Under the pieces are notes generated by a model. The model saw only the letters and a program-made list of their open reading frames with translations, did no database searches and was not told the origin of the DNA. Both the position numbers and the translations under genes were made by a program. From Camelus dromedarius (Eukaryota): DNA of 64,000 bases. Where the stretch lies: assembly GCF_036321535.1 (NCBI RefSeq), contig NC_087436.1, positions 97,466,001 through 97,530,000 on the forward strand, in the 5' to 3' direction. Positions 26,661-39,906 of this stretch are shown in pieces (positions within the stretch are counted from its first letter, which is position 1; every line of letters begins with the position of its first letter).

Positions 26661-26890
26661 CTTATAGACTGCATCGTTCATCTTTCTCTGGGCCCAATGT
26701 GTATGGAAATGGACTCCATTCTTAGAACAACAGCTGACTTTACCATAAAAAGCTCTATTTAAATGATCAATAATTTATAATGCAGAGAGAAAACATCTAT
26801 GCTTTTAAAATATGTGGTGTTTTTACAAAAATAGCTTATATAATGATATGCAAAGAAACCTCAAAAATTACCAAGAAGTATATGTTTTAG

Positions 26891-28032
26891 CAGTCTACCC
26901 AAGGAATAGAAATAAAAGCAAGAATAAACAAATGGGACCTAATTAAACTTACAAGCTTCTGCACAGCAAAGGAAACCATAAGCAAAACAAAATGACAACC
27001 TATGGAATGGGAGAAAATTTTTGCAAATGAAACCGACAAAGGCTTGATCTCCAGAATATATAAGCAGCTCATATGACTTAACAAGAAAGAAACAAACAAC
27101 CCAATCCAAAAATGGGCAAAAGACCTAAACAAGCAGTTCTCCAAGGAAGACATACAAATGATCAATAGGCACATGAAAAAATGCTCAGTATCACTAATTA
27201 TCAGAGAAATGCAAATCAAAACTACAATGAGGTATCACCTCACACCAGTCAGAATGGCCAACATTCAAAAGTCCACAAATGACAACTGCTGGAGAGGCTG
27301 TGGAGAAAGGGGAACCTTCCTACACTGCTGGTGGGAATGCAGTTTGGTGCAGCCACTGTGGAAAACAGTATGGAGATTCCTCAAAAGACTGGGAATAGAC
27401 TTACCATATGACCCAGTAATCCTGCTCCTGGGCATATATCCAGAAGGAACCCTACTTCAAAATGACACCTGCACCAAAATGTCCATATCAGCACTATTTA
27501 CAATAGCCAAGACATGGAGACAGCCTAAATGCCCATCAACAGATGACTGGATAAAGAAGATGTGGTATATTTATACAATGGAATACTATTCAGCCACAAA
27601 AACCAACAACATAACGCCATTTGCAGCAACATGGATGTTCCTGGAGAATGTCATTCTAAGTGAAGTAAGCCAGAAAGAGAAAGAAAAATACCATATGAGA
27701 TCACTCATCTGTGGAATCTAAAAAAATAAACAAAACAAAACATAAATACAAAATAGAAATAGACTCATAGACATAGAACACAAACTTGTGGTTGCCAAGG
27801 GGGTGAGGGGTGGGAAGGGACAGATTGGGATTTCAAAATGTAGAATAGATAAACAAGAGTATACTGTATAGCACAGGGAAATATATACAAGATCTTACGG
27901 TAGCTCACAGTGAAAAAAATTGATAATGAATATATATATGTTCACGTATATCTGAAAAATTGTGCTCTACACTGGAATTTGACACAACATTGTAAAATGA
28001 CTATAACTCAATAAAAATGTTAAAGTAAAAAA
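26891..28032 (+). mobile_element. Camelid-type L1 3' end, 5'-truncated
   Basis: ORF 27158..27721 is the ORF2 C-terminus including the cysteine-rich motif ([18 protein letters not shown]), followed by 3'UTR, AATAAA and an A tail. TSD aagaagtatatgttttag (26873-26890) / aagaagcatgtattttag (28033-28050). Confidence 0.96.
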
Positions 28033-29115
28033 AAGAAGCATGTATTTTAGAAGACACGTCTTTGATTAAATTAAGATAATAGTTTAAAGCATTTTGGATC
28101 TTTACTTTTTTATGTAGATAACTGAAATCAGAGTTTCATGTTACACAGATGATCTTTCTGTGATTTTGATGGGACAACTTTGAATTTATGGAGAATAGAC
28201 ATCCTTTGATGTTGAAAATTTCCCTATATAAAAGCAATGTGTCTCTACATTTCTTTGCTTATTTTTACATTTTTCAATTTCATTTTGTATTATCCTCTTA
28301 GAAAGGTCTTTATATATATTTTGCTAGTTTATATTTCTTAGTGAGTCACATTTTTTGTTGCTATATCTAAGAATATTTTATTAATTATTTCTTGCTAATA
28401 TATTAGAAATGCAGCTGAGTTTTTAGGTTCATATTGTTCACTTTTGTAAATTCTAATTAGAGTATAAATGGACTGCATTGATTAAATTTGTTGGAATTTT
28501 GTCTATTACAGTAATCTTTCAATATTTTGCTTTATAAATTGTGATACTTTGTTCTTAGTTCATATGATTGAATTGCTAGTAAACTCTTTGTTGTGCATTC
28601 CTTTCTTCTTTATCCTTAGTCCATTTTATCAATAGGTCTGTAACTTCAGGTTTTCTTCCTTTTATTTAGTATTTGCTTGGAGTAGCTTTTTTCTTTCTTT
28701 TGCTTCCAATTACTATGCTTTCTTATGTCTTTTCTATATCTTTTGTAAACACTATTTAATTGAATTTGGTTTTTATTCAGTTTGATAATTTTGCAGTTCT
28801 TTTTTACACATTTATTTGGTTCTTTTTAAAAATCTGATCGAGTTGACCATTTTGCATTTATTATTCTTTATATTGTTATTCTTAATATATTCAGATTTGC
28901 TGCTTTATCTTAACTTCATTGGATTTTTTTGAAATAGTTCTAATTCAAATTTATTTTTATCTTCAGGATGGAATATGATCATCCAACTTCCACTGGTTTT
29001 GTGTGCATTTGGGGTGTGTGTGTGGTTAGCCTTAAATTTTTAACTTTACACTTGACCTAACAAAATGTAAAGCTAATTAATATTTATATCCTGAAGTTTT
29101 TAAAAAGCAACACAG

Positions 29116-29191
29116 ATGATGATTACCACTTGTGCTCACTCCTGCACAGAGCTGCATTGTGAAAAACACAAGCATAAGTGGTAATCATCAT
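29116..29191. repeat. 21-bp inverted repeat with a 34-nt spacer
   Basis: atgatgattaccacttgtgct (29116-29136) pairs with agcataagtggtaatcatcat (29171-29191): 20 Watson-Crick pairs plus one G-T. Confidence 0.95.
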
Positions 29192-29519
29192 GAGCTGGAG
29201 GGTACCTTAACTTGACCTGAGTAAGTTTCCCTACAGTGAATTTAGCTCTGATGATATGGCTCCATGTAATTGGTTTTTAAAAGGCAATATTTCTGAGAGC
29301 ACAGACAACGGTCATGCATGGCTGTGAGGACTGAACTATCCTTCCTCCCTCCTTGAATGACCTGAGCAGGTTCTATTCCGTTAGGTCCAGTCCCTGCACC
29401 TGCAGAGGTGCAGTAGGAGCCAGAGGTCCTGACTCCAGAGTTATATTTTAGCACCAAAGCAATGGCAAGTGGAAGGTCTTCCTCCAATTGGAATTGGTGA
29501 AAGAACTGGCCTTCACCAG

Positions 29520-29695
29520 TGAGTCATCGTCCAGGAACAAAGTGAGAGCTGCCAGAAATCACTCTCCATCTAAATAATCATCCGAAAGAGGGCATTTTTG
29601 CTAACTGAGTCAGGGACGGCAGAGTGGGAACCTTAATCCATCTGGATGAGAAAATTCCAAGGTTATCTCGTACTACAAGATGGTGAAGTGAGTCA
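29520..29695. promoter_or_regulatory. Candidate enhancer with three AP-1 consensus sites
   Basis: TGAGTCA at 29520-29526, 29606-29612 and 29689-29695, in sequence I do not recognise as a repeat. Function is inferred only. Confidence 0.4.
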
Positions 29696-31089
29696 AATAG
29701 CTTCGTTTCCTTGTCTGCTGGAAGAAATCTGAACTACTGGTGTAAGCTTATCAAAACTGGGTGGATAACGATCTAATTGAGGGTTACTCTTTATTGGGCT
29801 CCAATTTCAAACAGCTTCAATGCCTTTCCTCTTGTCCCCCATTACTCTAATCATTACTATTGGCATTAATGTTTTATACTAGACTAGATTCTTGCAATAC
29901 AGACTGGCATGCTCTTTGAGACTCTCTTTTCCTGTGCCTTAGCATCGTGCAGTTTTGCTTTCTTGAAGCTCCTTTTACTGTCCTTTGATGCTCCTCATAA
30001 AAATATTTTTCTTCCTTGGCCATGCCGTAAATCTAAATTTATTATTCCCTCTGCTATTGTTTAATGTTTAACACTAATAAAAATGCTACTTAGCATTTAC
30101 ACAAAGGTTCATATTTTTAAAGTGCTTTCCAAGGACTATTACTCAGGTCTTTTTTAATGAGAGCAGTTTTGGAGGAAATTTATATGAATATTCAGGAGAT
30201 GTTATGAATGTGAAGCTAGAGCCCTGCTCCTGTGGTGATTTGGAATTTAGATGTGTAATACACAGAAATAGGAAAATGCTGATCTGGCCATCGCAAACAA
30301 AGAAGAAGCATTGATAGTACTTTATTGAGGTCAGTAAAAGTGTTCCTATCTATAGCTCTACCTATTTATCTGTTATTTGGAGAGATTATTTTTTATAGAG
30401 AACAATGTCTCTAAAATAGGGTTTTAAACCACTTGAGTCTCTACTTATTAACATAATATTTATTACACTGAGACTTTATTTTAATTGAGAGCAAGCTTCT
30501 GTTTGATTTAAAGCCAGAATATGTTACTTAAGGTTTCAGGCTGTTGTAGTTTAGCTTAGCTCATTATGGGTGTGTTTTAATTTAAATTACGCTGGTAGAG
30601 AAAACATTCTCTTGTCCTATTCTAATATTCATAGGTAGTCTGAAATTAAAATTCATTACCATACACAGTACACTCCAGTTCTCATCAATAAATGCAGAAA
30701 AATATGTTTAAGTTGTTAATAATTCTATCTTTGGTTTTGTCTGCATATGTAAATTCACCAACAGTTCTCCAGAATTAGTAATCCCATGCATCAGTGAGAA
30801 AGCTTTTGTACCACAAGAGAATTTCTGTACAGGGAATAAGTATAAGGTAAAATTATGTTTCTGCGTTATTCTCCATTCCTGGGATTGAAATGTACTGAGA
30901 GTAGGGATGATGTCTCATTATTCTTTGATTCCCCAATGGTTAGTCATTGGTATATATTAGGTACTCAGTGAATGTCTGTGAGCTGCTAGTTACTGATTGC
31001 ATGTAGAGGAACATCATTTCAGACAATATAAATAGCTCGTGAGGGAGAATTCTGCTGAGGCCAATGCTGATTTCATGGATTTATCGGCT

Positions 31090-31400
31090 GTGCATCATTT
31101 GGAACCACATAGAAGCTTTCCATCCCATTCAACATTAAGTTTAAGTTGCAGACCGCAGCCTGTGTGACTTTCTCTCTTCCTATTTAGTACCATTCCTTGT
31201 TCTCTGTCCCCAGTGCTCTGATCGCACAAGCCTTTGTTTTGTTCTTTGACTCGACATTGGTTTCCTTTGCAGAGTTGTTTTTCTGTCCATAGACTGTACC
31301 ACGGGTGTTTACTTCTTGCCATCCAGATCTCATCTTAAACATTACCTGTCAAGAGAGGACTTTGTGACCATTCAAATCCTACAGCTCTCCATCACATTAT
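31090..31400 (+). mobile_element. L2 3' region, interrupted by MLT2 and resuming at ~31928-32075
   Basis: catccagatctcatcttaaacattacctgtcaagagaggactttgtgacca before the LTR; L2 terminus gtagtaataaattattgttgact after it. Confidence 0.65.
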
Positions 31401-31814
31401 TATAACATGTTAAATTTATGTGTCAACTTTGCTGGGCCATGGAGGGTGACTAGCTATTTGGTTAAATATTTTTCTGGGTGTTTCTGTGTGGACGTATTTG
31501 AATGAGATTAACCTTTAAATCAGAGGACTTTGAGTAGAGCAGTTTACCTTCTATAATGTGGGTGGGCTTAGTCCAATTAGTAGAAGGCCTGAATTTCTTT
31601 TAAAAGGCTGACCTTCCCTAACCCCAGCAAGAGAAACTCTCCAGTGGATGGCTTTCAGACTTGAATTGAAACATCAGCTCTCCCTGGTCTTCTAGCCTCA
31701 TGGCCTTTGACCTGGAACTGCATCATTGGTTCCTCCTGAGTCTCCAGGCTACAGCCCACCCTGCACTTGCCAGCCTCCATAACTGCATGAGCTGTTTCCT
31801 TACAACAGATCTCT

Positions 31815-31863
<49 letters not shown>

Positions 31864-31927
31864 ATCTATCCATCTAATTTGTCATCTATCTATCTTACTG
31901 GTTTCTCTGAAGAACCCTGATTATGCA
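31401..31927 (+). mobile_element. MLT2 (ERVL) solo LTR
   Basis: Starts gttaaatttatgtgtcaactttgctgggcca, ends ctggtttctctgaagaaccctgattatgca, and has the internal simple repeat typical of MLT2. Confidence 0.92.
31816..31863. repeat. (TATC)12 perfect tetranucleotide microsatellite
   Basis: Counted directly. Confidence 0.95.
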
Positions 31928-33894
31928 GTGTGTTTGTTTATTATATTTTTCTTCCCAGCTAGAGGTATATTCCATAAGAACAGTGACCTTAATTTCCTTG
32001 CTCTTGGTTATATCCTCAGGGCTTAGAATGGTTCTTATTCTGAATACAGTAGTAATAAATTATTGTTGACTATTACAATTAATGATACAATCCAAATATA
32101 AGGATGCTTAAAAGAATAACAGTAAGGGGCTTCCAATTGTCATGTGTTCTCTAGTGTGAACTATACAACCAATTATATGTGAACATATAAATGTAATCTA
32201 GTTACAGACAAATCTGGTAAATTAGAATATTTATTTTTGAATAATTGTGCATTTCAATTACCTTGTTACATTTTTAATAGTAGCCAAAACAGTGATCACT
32301 CATTGCATTACTGACAATTTATGTTTGATGTGAATTATTACATTATTAATAATAGAGTATTTTATCTAATGTTAAATATATTTAATAATAAAAAAAATGT
32401 AAATGATTAGGCTTTATCATTCTCCTTTACTTCTCTTTACCTCAGTTTCCTCATCTGTAAAACAATAATAGGGTCTCACAGAATTATTGTAAAAATTAAA
32501 TGAGTTAGATAGTGCATGCAGATTGTATTAATAATTCTTCTTCTTGTTGTTACCATAATTGGCATTGTCAAATGCACACTATCTTACAAGTCAATATAAG
32601 ATTTCATTAATTATATTAATGGAATCAAAGCTACAAAAGTGGAAATTATGTTTTATTTACTCTCTTTTTTAATGAAAATATGATATTTTCAGGGTAACAT
32701 AAAAGGATTTTTTCTTTTTGATATTATTCTATTCTATTGTATCATATTCCTGTGAGTTATGCTAAATAATTGCTTTTACTTCTTCCTCTTCACACCTTTC
32801 AAATATTTATAAATTTTTTTTCTTGCTAAGTTATATAAATTTAGCTCCTCTAGTTTTTTCACTTAAGATATTGTGTTGACTTCTTTATTTAAATTTCTCT
32901 GCTCTGGATGCTCTCCAAATTTCTTAAATTAAAAAGGCATGCTAAAACTATATATTATGAAAATTTAAGATATATAATCTCAATCAAAGTGATTTCAAAC
33001 TAATATTTTTGGACATCTAGTGAAAATATGTTCATTACATCATTTTCTGAAGTGCATGATGTGTTTTGGTCGCATTGAATTTTATTCATTTCTCTAAAGA
33101 TGTCAGGTCCTAGCCTAGCTAGTATATATGGAAACACACACAAACAGACATGCATCTACATTTGCATACCCCAAAACACTAGCGCAAAATTTCTGATAAA
33201 AAATTTCTTTTGAGATTTAATGGGATGTCACAATTATCCCGTTTCCAAATATGACTGCTGAGGGGTCAAATTGTGAGCTTTGAGAAAAGTCTTATTTACA
33301 ACTTTCATTTGCTTTAAGCTGGTGGATTTATTGCTACAAAGTCTTTAGTGATATAAAGAGAACTTGTGTTTGCATCACTTTTAGGCTCTGTTACCTGTAT
33401 TTGCATGCCTCTCACCTTAGAACTCAGCTCTCAAAGACATTTCCATGGAGACTTAAAAAATGTAGCAAACTTGCTAGAAGTAATAAATTCAGTAAAAAAT
33501 TACTGTGGCCCTTTTTCTGCTACACCATTGGGCAAGGCCTTGTGGAATGCTTTCTAGCTGGGCACCCAACGTTGAAGCAAATCTGTCTAATGGCTTCCTT
33601 CTGGACCACATAGGGTTGAAGGAATAACCTTGTGTCTAAGCAGAATGAATATCTGGTATGACAGAGTTAAACATGGGGTTATCACACAATCTCAGTTTTC
33701 TCCAAGAGCAACACACTACTCCTTTGTCTCTAAAGAAGGTCTGTTTAGAGTTTTTGTTTTGTTTTGTTTTTTTCCCATTTGAAGCAAACCTGTCTGGTGC
33801 CCATATATGTATGCTTTTTATGTACATCATAGTCTTTCTGTAGATATCCTGGAAGCTGTAATCATGACTCCCAAGGCAAAGTAATAAAAAACAT

Positions 33895-36800
33895 TCTGGG
33901 GCCCTGCAGCCAGACATTGTAGGGCTGGCTCTGCCCACCAGCAGTTAGCACCACCTTCAGGACTCAGTGGAACACACAGCCAGCCATGCCAGGACCTCAT
34001 CCCACTAACTAGTGGGCTAGAAGCTACTGCATGAGGTAGGGCCTGGCAGCCAACATGGCCAGGGTCTAGCCTCACCTATGAGCATGCCTATAATAGTCAG
34101 CCATGTCACATCAGAAGAGTTCATGCAGCCTGCACAGTGGGCACCCTAAAGCATATAGCTCTGGTGATCTGAGGGCAGTGTGCTCTTGAGCCCCATAGGA
34201 CATCCCACTACATAGGACCACTTCTCCAAGATTGTGATATGTAACTGAACTACCTAACATGTAGAAATAAACACAGAGAAGTAGGCAAAATGAGGAGACA
34301 GAGGAATATGATCCAAATGAAGGAGCAGGACAAAACTCCAGAAGAATTTAGCAAAGTGGAGATAAGCAACTTACCATATAAAGAGTTTCAGGTAATAATC
34401 ATAAAGATTCACAATGAACCTGGGAGAAGAATAAATGAACACAGTGACAATTTTAACAAAGAGGTAGAAAGAATAACCAAACAGAGCTGAAGGATAAAAT
34501 AACTGAAATTAAAAATATATAAGAAGGAATCAACAGTAGATTAGATGATACAGAGGAACAGATCAGGGAACTGGAAGATAGTAAGAAATCACCCAAGCTG
34601 TACAGAAAAAGGAAAAATGAATTTTAAAAATGAGAATAGTTTAAGACAACTCTGGGACAACTATCAAGTATACTAAATTTTACATTATTGAGGTCCCAAA
34701 AGAAAGTGAGAGATAAAGGGGCAGAAAAATTATTTTAAAAAATAATAGTTGAAAACCTCATTAACCTGGGAAAGAAAAAGGAATCCAGGTCTGTGAAGCA
34801 CAGAGAGTCTCAAACAAGATCACCCAAAGACATCCACAAAAAGACACATTATAATTTAAATGGCAAAAATTAAAGATAAAGAATTTTAAAAGCAGCAGGA
34901 GAAAAGCAACTAGTTATGTACAAGGGAACTCCCATAAGACAATGAGCTGACTTTTAAGCAGAAACTCTCTAGAAAGGAGTAGCATAATGCATTAAAAGTG
35001 ATGAAAGAAAAAACCTACAATCAAGAGTACTTTACCTGGCAAGGCTATCATTAAGATTTGAAGATATAAAAAACTTTACAGACAAGCAAAAACGAAAAGA
35101 ACTCAGAATTGCCAAACTGGATTTACAAGAAATATTTAAGAGACTTCTAAATGGAAAAGACAAGATCACAACACAAATAAGAAAATTTGACAGGGAAAAT
35201 CTCATTGATAAAGGTAAACACACAGTAAAGGTAATAGATCACTTACAAAGCTAAAAGAAGGTTAAAAGATAAAAGTTGTAAGATCATTCATATACACAAC
35301 AACAAATAGTTAAGAAGTACACAAAACCAAAAAAATAGTAAAATTATATTGTAAAAACATTTAACAGTAGGGAGCAGAAGGAAAAAGTGGGTTGTTAGTA
35401 TGTGTTTGGACCCAAGAGATTATCAATTTAAACTAATCATATATAATATAAAACATAAAATTCATAATAAGTACACACACAATGGAGAGAAAGGGATCCA
35501 AACATAACACCAAAGATAATCATCAAATCACAAGAGAAGAGAGAAAAAGAACAAAGGAACAAAAATGATATATATTCATCCTGCAAGAGACTCACTTCAG
35601 ATCTGAAGACACACCCATACTGAAAGCTAAGGTATGGAAAAGGTATTCCATGAAAATGGAAATCAAAAGAAAGCAAGGGTAGTAATACTTATACCAGACA
35701 AAATAAACTTTAAAATAAATACTGTTACAAGAGACAAAAAAAAGACACTACATACTGACCAATGGATCAATCCAAGAAGAATATATAACAGTTGTAAATG
35801 TATATACACCTAACATAGTAGCACATAAATACATAAAGCAAATATTAACAGACATAAGTGGTGAAATTGACAATAACACAAGAAGACTAAGACTTTAGCA
35901 CCCCACTTACATCAATGGACAGATCATCCAGACAGAAGATCAATAAGGAAACACTGATCTTATGTGACATTTTAGACCAGTAGAACTTAATAGGTATGTA
36001 TAGAACATTTCATACAAAACAGAATACACATTCTTTTCAATTATACATGGAACATTCTCCAGGATAGATCACATGCTAGGTCACAAAAGAAGTCTCAGTA
36101 AATTTAAGATTGAAGTGGTGTCAAACAACTTTCCAAACATAATTCTATAAGACTAGAAATCAACTACAAGAAATTACAAAAAACACAAACACGTAGAGGC
36201 TAAACAACATGTTACTAAGCCACAAAAGGGTCAGCAAACAAATCCAAGGGTAAATAAAAAAATACCTAAATAAATCTAACCAAAGAGGGAAAAAATCTAT
36301 ACCCAGAAAACTAAAAGACATTGAATGAAACCGAAGACAACAACACAGATGGAAAGATATACCATGCTCAAGAATTGAAATCATTTACATTGTTAAAATA
36401 ACCATACTACCCAAGACAATCTACAGTTTCAATGAAATCCTTATCAAAATACCAATAATATTGTTCACAGAACAAGAACAAATAATTCTAAAACTTATAT
36501 GGACACATAAAAAACCCCAAATAACCAATCAGTCTTAAGAAAAAACAAAGCTGTAGGTATCATGCCCTTGATTTCAAATAACACTACAAAGCTACAGTAA
36601 TCAGAACAGTATAGTACTGGCACAAAAACAGACACATAGACCAATGGAACAGAATACAGCCCAGAAATAAAGTCATGCTTACATGGTCAATTATCAAATG
36701 ACAAATGATGCCAAAAATTACAATGGGGGGAAAAGAGCATTTTCAATAAAAGATGTTGGGAAAACTGGACAGCTACCTGAAAAATGAATCAAACTGGACT

Positions 36801-37998
36801 ACTTTCTCATGCCATATACAAAAATAAACTAAAAATGATTTAGATACTTAAATGTAAGACCAGAAACCATAAATCTCCTGGAAGAAAACATAGAAAATAA
36901 GCAGGATGCTCTTTGACATTGGTCTTAGCAAAATTATTTTTTTTGCACCTGTCTCCTCAGGCAAGGGAAACAAAAGCAAAGATAAACAAATTGAACTACT
37001 TCAAACTAAAAAGCTTTTGCACAGCAAAGGAAGCTATCAGCAAAGGAAAAGGCTGCCTAGTGAATAGGAGAAGATATTTTCAAATGATATATCTGATGAG
37101 GGCTTAATAGCCAAAATATATGAAGAACTCATACAACTCAATATTAAAAAAATAAGTGGTTAGAAAACTGACAGAGGACTTGAATAGACTTTTTTTTTTC
37201 CAAAGAAGACATATAAACATGAAAAAATGCTTAACATCACCAATTATCAGGGAAACGCAAATCAAAACCACAATGAGATATCACCTTATGCTTGTGAAAA
37301 TGGCTGTCATCAAGAAGACAACAAATAACAAGTGCTGGCCAGAACTTGGAGAATGAGAACTCTAGCACAGTGTCAGTGGGAATGTAAATTGTTTCAGAGT
37401 ACAGAAGTTCCTCAGAAAATTAAGTAAAAAAAAAAAAAAAATCAAACCACCATATATTTTTATGAAGAAAACAAAAACACTAATTCAATAAGACATGGCA
37501 CCCCTGTGTTCATTGCAACATTATTTACAATAGCTAAGATATGGAAGCAGGTAAGGTCCCATTAATAGCTGAAAATCTAAAGAAGATGTGGTATGTATAC
37601 ACACAATGGACTATTAGTCATAAGAAAAGAACGAAATCTTGCCATTTGCTATAACATGGATGGACCTATAGGGTATTATGCTAAGTGAAATAAGTCAGAG
37701 AAAGACAAATACTATATGATTTCACTTATATGTAGAATCTAAAAAACAAAACGAAAGAACAGACATAATGAAACAGAATTATATATACAGAAGAACAAAG
37801 TATTGGTTGCCAGAGGAGAGGATGATGGGGGGATGAGTGAAATAGGTGAAGAAGATTAAGTGGTACAAACTTCCAATTATAAAATAAATGTTATTGGGAT
37901 GTAATGTACATCCCAGTTCAGGGAATATAGTTAATAATATAATAATTTTGTATGGAGAAGATGGTAAATAGATTCCTCGTGATGATCATTTTGTAATG
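33895..37998 (+). mobile_element. Older long L1: partial 5'UTR, decayed ORF1, ORF2 lacking the RT domain, partial 3'UTR
   Basis: ORF1 start MRRQRNMIQMKEQDKTPEE at 34290; endonuclease motif LQETH (ctgcaagagactcac, 35581); ORF2 C-terminal ORFs 36913..37107 and 37156..37356. Many stops and frameshifts. Confidence 0.95.
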
Positions 37999-38681
37999 AG
38001 CAGCTTCATAGTGTTGATATGAAAATTAAATGAGATAATTGAGATATGTTCAATCATTAAATTGCTAATGTAGCCATTGTTAGGACAATGATACTGTTTC
38101 TCATACATTTTCTTTATGCTAAGTGCATACATAAACTGTAGAAATGTGTTCTTTTAAGCACCATTTTTACCTTTTAAATGATCTGATATTTCCTCATTTT
38201 TCATTATATGCATATCATTTCTATTTTTATTTCAACATTTTTAATTAATCAGTCATTTCTATTTATGAAGATTTCTCCACATCCTGTGTCTTTTGATATT
38301 GGTTTAACACTCCCAGAATTTGTCAAAATAATTAGAAATGTATAATGAGTTTACAAGATAATTATCTTAATTCCATATGATAACTCTCATGGAGTTCAGT
38401 CGATATGTGTATGTTTAATTCTCCTGAGTATGCTTTTATCATTAGGCAATACTTTAGATCTTTTGAGAAGCCTTTCACTATCTGGTGACATTAAAAGTTT
38501 CTACTTAAAATGTACAACCTGTGTTTAATCATTATTATTTTTGTTTCTAGTATTTAAAGCAAAACCTTTTACTCTGTATTTTTAAACCAGAGATTAGATA
38601 TATGGGGAAGAGGTAAAAATAACTGTTTTAAAATTTTTTTCTTCATTTGTTTCCTAAAAATCAACATTCTCTTATGTCTTT

Positions 38682-38818
38682 CTTTTATTTATTTATTTAT
38701 TTTGGGGGGGGGGGTAACTATGTGTGTTTATTTTTTCCCTGTGGAGTACTGGGAATTGAACCCAGGACCACATGCATGCTAAGTATGTGCTTTACCACTG
38801 AGCTATACCCTCCTTCCC
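38682..38818 (-). mobile_element. tRNA-Ala-derived SINE, vic-1-type (camelid)
   Basis: Antisense head ggagtactgggaattgaacccaggaccacatgcatgctaagtatgtgctttaccactgagctataccctcc. TSD-like tctcttatgtcttt (38668-38681) / tctcttatttcatt (38819-38832). Confidence 0.9.
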
Positions 38819-38849
38819 TCTCTTATTTCATTTGTATACATAAAATGTG

Positions 38850-39906
38850 CCTCACAGCAGAGGAAATCATAAACAAAATGAGAAGACAACCTACAGAATG
38901 GGAGAAAATATTTGCAAACAATGCAACCAACAAGGGATTAATTTCCAAAATATACAAATAGCTCATACAGCTCAATATCAAACAAAAACAAACAACCCAA
39001 TTAAAAATGGATCTAAATAGATATTTCTCCAAAGAAGACATGCAGATGGCCAACAGGCAAACATTACTAATTATTAGAGAAATGCAAACCAAAGTTACAA
39101 TGAGGTATCACCACACATAGGCCAGAATAGCCATCATCAAAAAGTCTACAAGTAATAGATATGGAGGAAAAGGAACCTTCCTACACTGTTGGTGGGAAGG
39201 TAATTTGGTGCAGCCATTATGGATAACAGTATGGAAGTTCCTTACTAAAAATAGACTTACCATATGATCTAGCAATCCAACTCCTGGGCATATATCCGGA
39301 GGGAACTCTAATTTGAAAAGATACATGCACCCCAATGTTGACAGCAGCACTATTTACAATAACCAAGACGTGGAAACAAATGTCCATTGACAGATGAGTG
39401 GATAAAGAAGATGTGGTATATGTATGCAATGGAATGCTACTTATCCATAAAAAAGAATGAAATAATGCCATTTGCAGCAACATGGATGGACCTAGAGATT
39501 ATCATACTAAATGAAGTAAGTCAGACAAAGAAAGACAAACATCATAATATCACTTATATATGGAATCTAAAAAATGATACAAATAAACTTTATAATAATA
39601 GACAATTTGTAGAAATAGAAGTAACTCACAGACATAGAAAACAAACTGATGATTACCAAAGGGGAAGGGGTAGGGAGGGATAAATTAGGAGTTTGGGATT
39701 AACATATATATAAAAAGGATTACCAACAATGACCTACTGTATAGCACAGGGAACTGTGTAGCCCAGGAATTCAATATCTTATAATAATCTATAATGGAAA
39801 AGAATCTGAAAAAGAATATATATATATGTATATATATAACTGCATCACTTTGCTATACACCTGAAACCAACACAACATTAAAAATCAGCTATACTTCAAT
39901 AAAAAG
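38850..39906 (+). mobile_element. L1 3' end, 5'-truncated
   Basis: [22 protein letters not shown] and DEWIKKMWY...PFAATWMDLEIIILNEVSQ; the 3'UTR ends cttcaataaaaa. Confidence 0.95.

Noticed and set aside
27158..27721. 187-aa ORF as a host gene
   Set aside because: It is the C-terminus of L1 ORF2 in a 5'-truncated, promoterless copy.
29116..29220. C/D-box snoRNA (ATGATGA at 29116, CTGA at 29217)
   Set aside because: No terminal stem around the boxes, the C box is buried in the long hairpin, and no rRNA-complementary guide was recognised.
29242..29840. Processed pseudogene or coding exon around ORF 29242..29487
   Set aside because: Upstream minus-strand frames contain early stops; no known protein recognised; no poly-A tail or TSD.
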